Assembly (NCBI RefSeq): GCF_006345805.1
Contig: NC_042998.1
Location: 41,974,001 to 42,038,000 of the forward strand
Source: Octopus sinensis
Taxonomy: Eukaryota
Direction: 5' to 3'
DNA length: 64,000 nt
A program made the translations under genes and the position numbers. Below the pieces are notes generated by a model. The model did no database searches. It was not told the DNA's origin and saw only the letters and a list, made by a program, of their open reading frames with translations. Shown here piece by piece: positions 27,000 to 40,729 of the stretch (positions are counted from its first letter, which is position 1; every line of letters starts with the position of its first letter).

Positions 27000-27776
27000 T
27001 AGCATCATCATAATTTAATGTCTATGTTCCATGCTAGCAAGGCTTGGACAGTTTTTCTGGACTGCATTGTACTCCTGTATCTGCTCTAGCATGGTTTCTG
27101 TGCTTGGAGGCTTTTTCTAATGACAATCATTTTACAGAATATGCTGCCTGTTTTTGCCTAATTTCAGCTCTAGTAAAGTTGCCATGTGGCTTGTAAGTCT
27201 AAGATCCTCTTTGACCGAGTTGGGCTACTGTAGAGATGGAAGCAGGTTTATGTTGGGAGATGACAAGTTAAAATTTGAGACAAGGGCCAGAACAGAACAG
27301 GTTTCTTGTTGAAAAGGAGTTACATGGCTACTTATATTATAGAAGTGAGTATGGGAGTGGTTAGGATGAACATGGAAAGAGAGGTAGAATAGTGTTGATA
27401 AAATGTCAGGGTAGACCCTGAAGGCACAAGGTGAATACAGGGGGAAGTGGAGTCAGAACAGAAAGTGAGGGTGGGTAGAAGTTGCAAGAATATGGGAGAG
27501 TGGGAGATAGATGGAAATTGGAAATGGGTGATGGGGTTAATATAAGAAAGACCAAGTGTTGAGAAATGATAAGTAGAGAAGGTAGTGAAGAGTAGATGAT
27601 AACTGTAGAAATTGGGTAGATTTAAGGGGTGGATGTAGTGAATGCTGGGTAGTTGGTGATCATTGCTGTTTATGAATTAGGGGTAGGTAAGGGTGTGTAG
27701 GGGATGACATACAGTGCAGAAAAAGAGGAGCAGCATCATGATAATGATAGGGTAGACATGAGAAGGATAAGAGAGG

Positions 27777-27852
<76 letters not shown>

Positions 27853-30100
27853 AAGAGAGAGATGACATGTGGTTTTAGGTTGCAAAAGTGTTGGGGCTAG
27901 AGGCAGGTATAGTGAATGCGGAGCATTGGAATTATATGGTGATAGGGAAGGTCCAGATGAGTGTTCTGTGTAAAATATGGTAGAGAGGATTGAATTCAGA
28001 ATAGAGGATGGATACTAAGTGAACTGGCTCTGGGCAGCAAGAAAAGTGGTATCAAGGAAGAGTTAGTGAAGAATGCAGTTCTGCTCACATTTAATTAGAG
28101 CTGCAGAATACAGCATTTAAAAAGTTGGTGGGTAGTGTCTTGAGGAGGAAACTGGGAAAAAAGAACCCAATTGTGCATGTATATACATATTGTACTTCCA
28201 GAATCTCAGTTTTGCCATGATGGGTGGATCTTGAACGCTGCATTTTGCCAGTCATCTCAGTCCCTTGTCATCCCTGTGAAGTTCATGGTCCTGAAATCAG
28301 CCTGCACTACTTTGTCTCATGTCTTCCTAAGTTTCCCTCTTCTGTGAGATCCATTCACATTAAGTGAATGACACTTCTTTATACAGATGATCACATTCCG
28401 TACCAGTGCAATCTTTTTTCTTACCTACTACATCTGATTCCTCTTATGACCAGTTTTTTTTCTTTCAATACATTTGTATTTTGTTGTTTATACACACTTA
28501 TGCTGTATACTCAATGGAGCATACTAGCTTGATTTATTTCCAATCTTCTTAACTCCTCTGCTAATAAGGTCCATGTCTCACTAGCTTGCAGCATTGCAAT
28601 TCTAACACAAGCATCATACAATTTGCCCTTCACTCTGAGGGAAAAGACCTTTGTTGCCAAACCAGTTGTTGGACTTTCAATTTTTTCCAAACTGTTCTTA
28701 TCCTGACTGCTATACTTTCAGAGTAATCACCTCTCCTGCTAATAGCATCTCTTAAGGTAACAAAAGCTATCAATTATTTCAAATGAGCCACCTGAGCATT
28801 TAAAGGAATCAAATTTCCGGTGTGCTACATAGTGCTTCAGTGCACCTGTCACATATAAAGGCTACTTTTTCTGTTAGTCTTCCTGTGATTTCACTACACT
28901 TCTTGTGTGCCCATAGCTGACATTAGGTACAGTGTACAAAGTTCATGCCTTCCTTTTTTCTGCATATCAAATAAGGCCATTTCCTGAAGATACCAGGGTC
29001 CTGTCTTCTTTTCTACTTGTTAAAATCTCATTCTTTGCTAAGCCTAGGATTTCCTCTCTAATTCTATTATAGGTCTTCAGCATATAGAATTCACTTGGAC
29101 AGCCAGTCTTAAACTCTTCTGTCATGGACTATGATGAATAGGGGTGGACTAAGGACTGAACCTTGATAGATTCCTACCTGCAAACTAAATTCATTACTGA
29201 AATTCTTGTTGACTCTTGCTTACTGTATCAATACATAACTTTTACAGCCCTCACAGCCTTTACATCTACACATAGTTTTCCTTAGTGATTACTAAATTAC
29301 TGAATGGACATCTTCTCCAGGTCAAGAAAATGTCAGGAATAGTGTTTTACTCTTAGCCAAGCATATCTCCTGCAGTTGCCTCACTAGAAATATTTCATCA
29401 AGGTACCCCTTCTGAGCATGAAGGCAAACTGCATCTCATCTGAGTTTACTTTGTCATCAGTAAACTGTGCTTTAACTTTCTATGAGGCCTTCATAACCTG
29501 ATCCAGTAGTTTGATTCCTTCATAATTTCCTCTTTCTAAGACATCTTTTTTGCTGTTCTGGCAGCTGATAAAACTACTATGCCAATCATTGGATATGACA
29601 CCTTGTATAACTTGATTAACTATCAGAATGGTAATCATGTATCCTACTTCAAATATTTTATACATCTATCCCTAATAGACCTGCAGTTCTTCTTCCTGCC
29701 ATGCCTGTAAACACATTATCTATGATGCTACTATCATCTCAAATTACTCTTCCTTCTGTAGGGTTAGTGTGAGGTAGTCCCTTTTTATCTCATGCATTCT
29801 CTATGTTCAGCAGCCTCTCATAATAGCACTTCCATGCTTTCATCATTTTGAATACGCTTCTCAACAGTGACATCTTGGTTTTCTCTCATATACACTCTCT
29901 CACTATCCAAAACATTTCATACCACTGATCCTCACATTGCATCTCTCTTCTTTCTTGCCTTACCCTTAACCTAGTATACCTGTTACTTAGCTGCTCTTCT
30001 GACCATTTCATAATGCTCCCTACTGCCACCTTCCTTCCAGGTCTGATGCACTAACAATTCTGCAGATCTACCACCCTAACATATGATGGTTTTCATATTT
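27000..30100 (-). mobile_element. 5'-truncated RTE-clade LINE (reverse transcriptase pseudogene, long 3' UTR and tail)
   Basis: - strand translations include ERGNYEGIKLLDQVMK (ORF 29480-29665), DEMQFAF (about 29430) and RLHWYG (about 28405). About 1.1 kb of UTR and the family-C tail follow, ending at about 27000. Many stops and frameshifts. Confidence 0.85.
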
Positions 30101-33070
30101 TGTGTAAGAACATGGATAAGCGATGTGGTGGTTAGCATCTTTGTGTATATATGATAATGTCTGTTCTGCTGCTATGAACTTGAGTATTGTGTATAAGTAG
30201 TGTGAAATTATGACTGACTTGGCTGCTCTCAGTATCTTTTGCTAGTTAGAATAAATGACATCATATATCAATTGCCTATATTGTAAACAATTAAACCCAT
30301 TTATGAAGGTTTAATCTTGGTGTTGTCATCCATCATACAATATTTTATGCTGATCCACAGCTTAGTCATGAGGTTCTTCTTTTCTTACCTGTTCAGCTAC
30401 AAGGCAAATAGGATGAGGGATCAATTCTAAAATCCAAATTGTGTTGGTCAAAGATGTGGATTGTGGTGATTTTTATAACAATTTTTACGCTTATGCTTTA
30501 TTTTCTCTGAAGAAGGTAAGAGAGTTAAAAACTAAAGAAGTTTGCAGAGCAATATATTTGTATATCCAGAGGAAAGTCACAAGATTAAACATTATCATAT
30601 ATCAAATTAATACAAGGCATTATTTAGAACAAAGTATCTATCTTCCTAAAACCCATACTTTCTGTTATGAATTCTTTTTATACTACATCAGCAAAAATCA
30701 AATTTTAAATTTTTAGTTAGTTTGCTCATTGCATTTGCTTAACACTTATATCGGTTCCTTAAATTTCATTTAAGCTCCAACTACTTATCTTTGACAATCA
30801 GTCAGCAATTTTTTAATATTGGAACATTTTGTGCAATAAGTTTATGAGACAGCTTTGTTCCAGTCCTTGAGAACAGCATGAATGTTACACAAGCTAATTC
30901 TTGTTTCCTATAAAATCATGGTTCATTGGTTTTGAAATATATTTCATGTATAATTTTGCACTTTACCGAAACTCACAATGAAAGTCTTTAGAATCTAGTC
31001 AATTAAGTATTTTCTCCATTGTTTTTTTTAGTTCTTTTGACAGACATTTAAAGAGAAACATATGAAGGAGAGAAACTGTAAAAATGAAACATATGCAGAT
31101 ATGTTTCTTCATATATTTTGACAATCACCCTTATTGTACTATTTCATTGAGTCTTAAACATGACACACTATTAAATCACAATGTATATTAGAAAGCAATG
31201 TCATTCATAATACCGAAGTAAAAATTAGTGGTTTCAGTTTCATTGATGAGTAAAAATCTACTCATTATTTCAGTTCAGATAGGTACAACTCACGCATGTG
31301 AGAAGTGGGATCACTTCTATGAGTATTTTGTTAAGTTACAGCAGTGAGGTTAAGTCACATTCTGATTTTAATTCAATATCAATAAAAGAACCTGGATTAG
31401 ATAAATCTCTTAAATGCTTATAGCTGTAGTCTTCTTGTCTCCTGTTACAATTCCATTTCTGTCTTGGAATATAATTTGTTCTAGTGCTCGACTTGTATTT
31501 TATTGTGTTGAACTTGGAAGGACAACTGGCAAAGTTGATTCCAATAAGATTGGAATTCAGAATGTAAAAGACCATAACTAAATATTTTGTCCAAAACTTT
31601 CATGATCCTGCGAACCCACAACTCAACAGTAACAGTCTTGCACAAACTGTTTGCAATATATATCGGTGAAAAAATTCTCAGAATTCACTTCCACTAAAGT
31701 TTGAAAACTTATAAAATTTTCTAGTCAGAAATGAATATAATAATTGTTTCAGTGTTGCTTATAACTTATACATGTCATTCTTCCTCATAGTTTTTCTGGT
31801 TATACTAAAACACAATGTTATATATTCCTATTCTCTGGCAGGCTGATATTGCAGTGGTTAATTCTCAGCAAATGGAATATGTGACCCAGTTTTGATTAGC
31901 AACTGGAATGACTTCATAAAATATATTTATGCTCTTCAGAAAGTGATGAATGCCGCAGTATCTTATTTCTATTGTAACTCAAAACATGATATAAAATTAA
32001 TCTAATAGTTGTATTTAATTTTCTAGTCCTCTCATTTATTTGTTTATTAGACCTGACCTTACTTCGTGTGTTGGTTATTAACCCATTCATGCTGATCGTC
32101 CCTTTAAACTGACACTTAATTTATAAGGGTATAAAACAAATACTTGACACAAATTGTGACTTGTGTATGATCTGTATCAAAGAATGAAACATGTTCTTAA
32201 TCAAACGGATTTCAATGAAATTTTTTTCAGTTGTTATTTAGGTCAAAATAATAGTATTTTTATAATTTTCAGGCAATTTCATTCACTAGAAAACTTTTGG
32301 CACGAATGGGTTAATGTATATTGTCAATCTTCTCATGAGATCTATATGTATGTCTTATACTTGACTAACAGCAGGTAAACATTTTAGTGTGGCATTCATA
32401 TAATCATATAAAATAATTTTGCCTAATTTTTATTTATTTTCTTTCATATACTAGTTACAAATACTATTTAAATAAAGTATGGAATAAGTTTTAAATGAGA
32501 AAAAATTTACTCTACTGTGAAATTTTTTTAAAGGCTAGTAAAACAGTAAAATATCTTGAACTTGTTTATCTCTGATTTCTCTGATATGCTTTTCTTATTT
32601 ACATTTTGGCCTACACAATAACTAAGATATTTTATCATCCCAGATAATATTGCTGTTAAGTTAACTCTTCAGTTGTAAAGATTTTCTACTTTGGTATTTA
32701 AAACAATTCTTTGTGTATTTCAACATTGTTGAACTTCTGTAAGAAAACAGGTAATAGTACTAAGCAAGCTGTATAAGAAATTTTTATTGAACCAGCCAAC
32801 AGTACTTTAAATCAATCCTTTTAAACTAGCTATATGTTCAACAATTGATTTTAGTTGTCACAAATAGAACTACTTATTCAGGGTAGAGGCAGTGTTGGTG
32901 GTGTGGATGGCTAGCTTTAAAATACTACTACAAGATTATTCTGAAACATGTCATGTGGTTTTACGTCACAGTCACAGATGGGGGCTCCATGCATATGCCG
33001 AAGCAGAAGTCAACAACACTGGCTGATTTCAAATTTATCTTTTTTCAGCCTTAATTTTAACTTAGCTGTA

Positions 33071-33520
33071 ATGATTGGTTGTGGAGATATTATTAAAAAT
33101 GTGTTTATAAACAATGAAACAGATTCACCATTTGATTGGGATCAGCTGTTTTTACAATCTGAACATTCTGATCGTAGCTTACAACATAACCAGTCACAGA
33201 ATTACTATGCAAACACATACACAAATTCACTCAATCATAAAACATGTCTACCAACTTCAACAGTCGATGGTTCTAAAAGATTATGTGTTGAAGATAATAT
33301 ATCTAACAGATATTTTCAAAATAATGTTGAACGGATCTTGCCATTTGTGCCAAAACGTAATGCAAGTTTTACAAAAGCTGTTGGTGGAGCAGACAAGAAT
33401 TCTAATAATTCAAATGAAGTCAGCTGGCTCAATAATGCTTCAGAAAATGGACTTTACAAAGCATCTGCACGAAACTCTAGTTTCTGTTATGCTGTTAATT
33501 CATCATCTCATGCCACAAAG
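33071..33520 (+). CDS. Coding exon (150 codons, Asn/Ser-rich) of an unidentified + strand gene; probably the first or an early coding exon
   Basis: Lies in the longest ORF of the window (32948-33544, 198 aa), which is non-repetitive. It has a strong acceptor atctttttttcag| (exon start 33049), an in-frame ATG at 33071 and a donor AAG|gttagt at 33520 (phase 0), plus a second GT 4 nt downstream (gtgagt at 33525). No domain recognised. Confidence 0.65.
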
Positions 33521-33665
33521 GTTAGTGAGTGTTATAAAGTATAATTGTTCTGCAGACTTGGCAAATTTCTTTTATGATAGACTAATGATAAACTAATGTA
33601 GCATAATGTTTTGTTTGTGATTTTTTAGAATACATTCTCCATAAAAGTATATGCTTGTTGTTCTC

Positions 33666-33725
<60 letters not shown>

Positions 33726-34984
33726 TACATGTGTGTGTGTGTGTGTGTGATTATAAATTTCATTGCAAAAATTAAGTAAAAGTGAGTGAAAATACCATAT
33801 ATCTTGTTTAAAAATTAAAGGTTAAAATATATACCTTTCTATTCTATAAATGTTTATATTCTCTTGGCAATAATAGTTAAAGGTTGTAATATCCTGCTGG
33901 ATCTGTTTTGGTCTTATTTTTTTACTTTCTTATCATATAAAAGAATTTTTATCATTTTGAAGCTATAAAAATACTATTGTTTACAAAAAGTTCTGTACTT
34001 TACAAAAAGCTCAGAACTTTACAAGCTGTATACTTATGCTTTTTAATAATATGATAATACCATCATTATATATTTTTATGGATTTTTAAAATGAAGTTAA
34101 AATCTATTTACATAAATTAAAATATCAAATGAGAATGGTGATATTTATATATGCTTTAGTCTTAGGGTAACCAACAACAAATTTAAATCTGATAGATATA
34201 TCCTGTTTTCATATTTTTTAGAAAAATTATTTGAATTATATTGCATTAAATTTTAAGATTTATATAATTTACGTTAGATAATTATATTATTGTATTTATT
34301 GAAGATACTATGAAATTTTATAAGGTTTCCTAAAACCAGGAAGAAGTTGAATATTTTGAAGGTCAGTAGATATGTAAACATAGGAATAGAAACTATAAAC
34401 AAGGTTTATTTTGACAAAAGAAAGTAAAAAGACCAAAAAATATTTCCGAACTATTGTGGGTGTTTGCTAGAAATAGTAAATAGGTTCTTTTGTCTTAGGA
34501 GACTGAGTTGATAGAATACTGGACAACCAAATGAGAGATTTGTGGTTAATTTCCTTCCAGTAAAAACTACTGCTTTGTGTTTATAGCCAAGGCAAGCTCT
34601 GAAATGGATCACTTCACCTACCTATAAATAAACAACACATGGTTGAAATATCTTTTATTTATAGTGAATTAATGTAAAATGAATTATTGTTTTATTGACT
34701 TGTTGATCAGTTTCAAACCTTACTATGGATTTAATATGAGGAGAAATGTTCAAAGTAAATTTGACAGGATAGGTGTAAGCAGACTGAGAAAATCTTTTTA
34801 TTATTCATTTTGATTAACATTTGTATATCATCAAAACTGTGTCTTTGGCTCTCTTGTGCAAATGGTATCTTGTAATTTCCTAAAGATCATTTTAGCACAA
34901 GTTTCAACTAACTGGATGAGAAAGAGATTTTCTGGGGTTTTTTTTCTATTGAGTTAGGTATCCAATATATTTATATGTATTCAG

Positions 34985-35032
34985 GTTTTAGTGGTGGTTC
35001 CATCAGAGACTTGCAAAGTAAACTCAGTGCCT
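34985..35032 (+). CDS. Candidate small exon (VLVVVPSETCKVNSVP if phase 0)
   Basis: Acceptor ttatatgtattcag|; donors AAA|gtaaac (35017) or CCT|gttagt (35032). Both lengths are multiples of 3 and open in frame with the 33071-33520 exon. Supported by splice signals only. Confidence 0.3.
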
Positions 35033-36159
35033 GTTAGTATTCATTCCATGAAATAAATGATAGTTGTTTTGAAATCTTGTGCAGAGTTTTAACGCAATAA
35101 AAGAATTTCTTTCTTTTTTTTTTTTTTTTGTATTTGCTGGATTTGGAGGAAGGGTAGTTCCTCTTGAACCTTTGTAAGTCAACATATGCAGAAAAGACAT
35201 AAGCAGGGAATTTTAAAGGGCCAATGTTCTGAGAAGGAAGGTCCAGGAGTAGTGATTAGAGTGGGACTTGGGGTGTTGGAAACAATAAGGGTGATGAGAT
35301 GAGGATAGACAGCTGGGTTAGGAATGCCTAAGTGGAGTGGCACAAACTGACCTCATTCCAAGGTGCAGAGGACATAATAGTAACAATAGAGAAGACAGCA
35401 CTCTGAATGGCCAGAAGTTGAAGTGTCTGTGGGTGATTTTATGCCAATCAGTCAGGTGGCTCTTTTCTGGTCTAAGATGTTTGTATGTGCTGCTGCTGCT
35501 GCTGCCGTTGTTGTTGTTGTTGTTAAGCTACAAGACGGGTAAGGGGGATTAGGTGATGGTCTAGGGCTTAGGGGCGAGAGAACCCAGACCTTGGAAAAAA
35601 AAAACTTTGTAGTGGAGGGCTCTTCGTTGATGCCCGACACCACTGGGAGGTGGCCCTCGAAGTTGCTGGAAATGGAGATCTCCAGGTCCAAATTCTTGTG
35701 CTGCTGCTACTGCTGCACCACCACCACCACCACCACCACCATCATCATTATAGAAAGGTAAAGTGCCAATATTTGTTGGGGGATAACCGTTCTGGGGTCC
35801 TGAAGAAAAAGAACAGTCATTTGGATGCAGTCCTAGCTATGTTAAGAACATGCTTTCACCAGGAGAGATACTCAGTGATAGTGAAACTCAACAAGGACTC
35901 TAACTGAGTGCAGTTCATGATTAAGCAGCATGTGTTATGATGATGTTTTCATGATCTGAGTATCATGTGTTTTTTAGTTGTTTAAAGCAACAAGTTTAGT
36001 GTGTCCTCATTGTAGGATGCTTTTTAGGCCTCTGATTATAGAGTCAATCTGAATTAGAACAAAGAGGTATTCTTGAATAGTTTGACATGAGATTATAAGG
36101 CATACATGGATTGAGACAGCCTGATAGTCAGGAATTATATCTTGTAATTGTCTGGATTG

Positions 36160-37273
36160 AAATAAGAGTGAGTAGAGTGACAGTGTGGCTTCTTATAATA
36201 ATATCTTAAAGTAATGTAATCCTTTCAAGTACTGACTCTAAATCAAGAAATTAATTTGATTAGACTAGATCCTAATATAGGCTTTTGTTAGAAGAACTAG
36301 TATTAAAATGGACTTTCATTTGCAACACTCCTGTTATAATAAAATTTTATCCTTTAAATTTCATCATACTATAATGATTAAGAATAGCTCATTTCACAAG
36401 AATACACTACATAATTGTGGTTGAGTCCTTCAGTTTAAACATATTCCAGTGTGTAAAATTTCAGAATGTAGATATATAAATAACAAGACTCATTTTGTTT
36501 TCTCAATTGTTATGTTCTTGTAAAAGAAGATGAATTTGAGGAAAACTGGTCAATCTGATAAAAGAAATGAAGTTTGTGAAAGAATAGTTATTTTAAGATT
36601 TTGAAAGTTTCTTGTTTGTGTTTGAAATTTCGATTAGTTTTCAATAAATATCCTAAATTCAATGACATTTCCTTTCTCTCATTTTAAAGGATGATAATGC
36701 CATTTTAAAAATCTTTGTATCTTGCTCTTCAGAAAAAGTAAAGAAAAAAGCCTAAGTAATTGATTTCATTGTGAAAAGATACATTTTTGGATAGCTTGTT
36801 CTAATTTTCTGTTGGAGAACTTTGTTTCATTCTAGAAATATCCAACAGTAGTAACACCATGGATGGTAGTATATAGTGTCAGAGATACAATTTTAATATT
36901 TGCTTTACTTATTCTATCCATTTATCGTTTGTAATGGAAGACAAGAATTTGAGTGGTATCACTTGAGCAAAAGCATGAATGAAGATGCAAATAATAATAA
37001 TTAAAATAGGAGTGAGTTGGGTGATAATGTGGCTTCTGATAATATCTTAGAGTAATATAATCATTTAAAGTATTGACTCTAAATCAAGAAACTAATTTGA
37101 TTAGTCTAGATTCCAATTTAGACTTTTGTTAGAATAATTGGCATTAAAATAGACTTTTATTTGCAACATTCTTGTAATGATGAAATTTTATCTTTTAAAT
37201 TTCATCATACTGTAATAAATAAGACACAAGAATACTCTATTTCATTGTTGTAGAGTCCTTCAATTTAAACATA
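36160..37273. repeat. Pair of diverged direct repeats of about 280 bp (36160-36443 and 37004-37273)
   Basis: Colinear matches such as gactctaaatcaagaaa, cttttgttagaa, atttgcaaca, tttaaatttcatcatact and gagtccttca.tttaaacata; roughly 80% identity by eye. Confidence 0.85.
36690..36737 (+). CDS. Candidate small exon (DDNAILKIFVSCSSEK)
   Basis: Acceptor cctttctctcattttaaag|; donor AAA|gtaaag; 48 nt, phase 0-0, open. Supported by splice signals only. Confidence 0.3.
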
Positions 37274-37959
37274 CTTGATAATGGTTTCAAATTTTGGCAC
37301 AAGGCCAGCAATTTCAGGGTAATGGGTAAGTCAGTTACATAACCCCAGTACTCAACTGGTACTGATTTTATCTACCCCTAAAGGATGAAAGGCAAAGTTG
37401 ACCTTGGCAGAATTTGAACTCAGAATGTAAAGATGGACAAAATGCTGCTAAATATTTTACCTGGCATCCTAACAATTCTGCCTGCTCTCTGCCTTAAACA
37501 TGTTTCAAATTAAAACCATCATTATTTGCACCATGTACAGTGAGATCTAGAATAAATATTTGCATATTTATTCTTAATGCGTCTAGCTAGGTTCAGAAGC
37601 AAAATATGCTAGTTGCTGTAGCATGCATCATAAAAGAACAACTTCTCTCTCTTACAACAGCAAGGTGTTCAACACACTCAACTCATTACACACAGGATTC
37701 AAGATACCAAGTTTTGACATGTTATGACTCATCAGTCAGAAGTACGGAGACTGTTGAGCCTAAACCAGAATCCTGTGTGCCATTGAACCAAGTGTGTTGA
37801 ATATAGTGCTGTCACAAAAGAGAGCTGTTCTCATATTACATACTCTATAGTGACCAGCATATTTTGTGTCTGAATCTAGCTAGACATATTCAGATTAAAT
37901 ATGCAAATATTTCTTCCATATTTCATATTAGTTTCTTAACTTAAATCAATACTCTAAAT

Positions 37960-38278
37960 CAGTGGTTTTCAACCGGGTCCAGATGGCCGCTGAGGGTCCA
38001 TGTAAGATTTTGTGGGGTCTATGTAACAAAATAGTAAATTGGGGATCCACAGTAGTATTTTATGGGCCCCTGAAAAAAGTTTTGCTATAGATGTATGTAT
38101 TGCAAGAAACAGCTAGGTTTGTTGGTTCAACCTACACAAGTTAATGTGTGAAAAAGAAAACAGTTTTGGAAGAAGTTTTTATAAAATTAGTTTTTAAACA
38201 TCCAATGGCTATGGGGTTCTACCAGAGTAGAATAGTAATCAAAGGGGTCCATAGATAAAAAATGGCTGAGAACCCTTG
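37960..38278. mobile_element. Non-autonomous hAT (Charlie/MER-like) MITE
   Basis: TIRs cagtggttttcaacc / ggctgagaacccttg; the 8-bp flanks ctctaaat and ttctgaat match at 6/8, consistent with a decayed hAT TSD. Confidence 0.8.
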
Positions 38279-38447
38279 TTCTGAATGATTACAATTACCC
38301 TCAGAACATTGTTATCAGCAGCTACATCACATTCAGTCACATGACCTAAATCGACACCTGCTACTTACAAGACAGAAAGAGATTGGAATTGAAACTTGCA
38401 TTGTCAACCTGCAGAAAAGTACAATTCTATTCTGCATGAATCCTAGG

Positions 38448-38528
38448 AAAGATTCCTGAGATTTGAAGAAACAAGTTGTCACCAAACCTCAAAATAAATT
38501 CCTGCTAATTAAATTAGCATGTACTAAC

Positions 38529-38580
<52 letters not shown>

Positions 38581-38770
38581 TAATAATGATTTCTGAGTTA
38601 GGCACAAGAAAGATTCTTGAGATTTGAGGAGATATGTTGTCATCAAACCTCAAAATAAATTCCTGCTAATTAAATTAGCATGTACTATCTTAATAATAAT
38701 AATGATGATGACAATGATGATGATAATGATAATAATAATAATGATGATGATAATGATGATGATGATGATG

Positions 38771-38805
<35 letters not shown>

Positions 38806-38826
38806 GTTTCTGAGTTAGACACAAGA
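38448..38826. repeat. Tandem duplication of a unit of about 100 bp unique sequence plus (AAT)n and a SINE tail
   Basis: aaagattc.tgagatttga...caaacctcaaaataaattcctgctaattaaattagcatgtacta..(aat)n..tttctgagttag.cacaag occurs at 38448-38608 and 38609-38826. Confidence 0.85.
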
Positions 38827-40729
38827 TGAAAAATTTTGATGGGAGGTAATCAGCTGATACTATCAATCACAAAAAGGATGAAAGGCTAAGTTCATCAGGA
38901 CTTGAACTCAGAATGTTAAGATCTGTTATGAGATACTGCAAGGTATTTCATCCAATGTTGTAATGATTCTAAGAGTACAGAGCAGGTCAAGAAATCTGGG
39001 AAATGGGGAAGGAATATCGACTCCAGTATGGACTGATACTTATCTTATAGTACCTGAAAGGATGAGAGACAAGGCTGATCATGGCAGTGTTTGAAATCTG
39101 TAAAACCTTAACTGAATTCTGCAAAGCATTTTCATCGAATGCTCTCATGGTTCTGCCAATTTACTACCTGATAGTAAAAGTAAACTGGGTCTCAATGTCT
39201 TAATGCAATTGGTTCCCAAATAGGTAAATAGATTTAGCTGTTGGTTGATATTTTGATAATGTATAAATATAGAAGAAAATTTTATCTTGAAACATTAATT
39301 TCTATTAAGATCACTATATTTAATATGACATCAAGAAAAAGCAGCTTCTTTGCGAAACTTATGTAAATATTAATCTTGTGCTATAGCAACTAAGTCACTA
39401 GTTGATGTCTTAATCTATATTTGAGGTAACTTGGCATTAATCCTGTTTAACTACTTGCTGTGGTTTTCATTTTTCTTCCACTTTTTCCAGTTAGATCTAA
39501 GGGAAGCAATTATGTTATGCATTACAATTTAAAATTCAAGTGGTTGGTGGTAATGAAACAAGGCTTACAATCAGGGTTATTTATAATGCTAACATCATAT
39601 TCATTCCGTAGCTGAAACTAAATTTAAAGGCTAGGACACATTTGTTTCTGTATCTGATTTTTTTTTCTATACGTTATGATTAGAAAGAACTTATTTTTTA
39701 TTAAATTACTTGATGGGGTCATAACACTAACATTTCATTAAGAATATTATATTAAAAATCAGTGTATTTCAAATAAACTTCAATAATAATTTATCATCAT
39801 CGGCAGCATAATTATTTTAATGTTAGCAAGAGAAAATGGAGAAAGGTTGAGAGTTTCTGCCTCACTGCATATCTCCTGTCATCATTAACTTGTGTCATCT
39901 CCTCTACGAAGGTCAGTATTTTCACATTTCATCTCTTTTTTTATATTTATAGGATTACCTTGGTCACTCTCTACATCTACCTCCATCAATCCATAGTGTT
40001 CTTTTATTCAATAACGATAATTCTTTGCATTGCAGATCCACTCCAGTGAAGAACACATTAGTTGTTATATCTGATGCAAAGTTATTTTCTTAACTTACTT
40101 CTGAACCTTTCATGTAAAAACTGCACATCAAACAAACAATATGTTTCTCCTCTCTCTGTTTTCTCTCATCACCATCACCATAAAGCATATTACTTCACAC
40201 TTCACTCAGCCTGCCCTTTGATCAGAGGGAGAAAAACCTTTGTGTTTCGAAGAGATAACAGATTGATGCAAAAGTAAATATATAACATCTTTCTATGAGT
40301 TTTGTCTCAAGTTACTATAACATCACTTGATCCATCACCATCATTGTGTCACTTGAGCAAGAAAACTTTATTTACAACTTTCAACTAACCAACCATGCTT
40401 GACATTTACTTCACTGCTGCCCTTGATGTCAACTACTCCAGTCTGTTAAGTTCTACTTTTCCATCAGATTTTTCTACATCTTTCATCTTCTCATTTCTTG
40501 CAGTCTTGACTTCTTACTTAAACTTAGTTTTGTGGTTTTTAGGATCAACCTTGCTGTAAGACCCAGGCTTCTAGTAGAATGCACATTTGATTGAGTGTTT
40601 TTTACTATAATTCCAAGCTGACCAATGTTTTGTAAGGATAGACAAAAACTGCAGAAGCCTATCGTACTTACTTATATCATCATCATCATCAACACATTGT
40701 TGTTGTCATTGCCATTGCTGACATCTTCA

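Noticed and set aside
31240-31575. ORF 31336-31575(-), 79 aa, followed in frame by a further open stretch and a gtgagt donor
   Set aside because: An in-frame TAA precedes the donor, there is no recognisable domain and no good acceptor; it cannot be supported as CDS without transcripts.
37700-37742. - strand CUGAUGAG...CAAAAC-UUG-GUA, hammerhead-like
   Set aside because: The essential G12 is A and stem I has only 2 bp.
39827-40080. Two open segments joined by a 41-nt GT-AG intron
   Set aside because: The intron is implausibly short and the peptide is unrecognisable.
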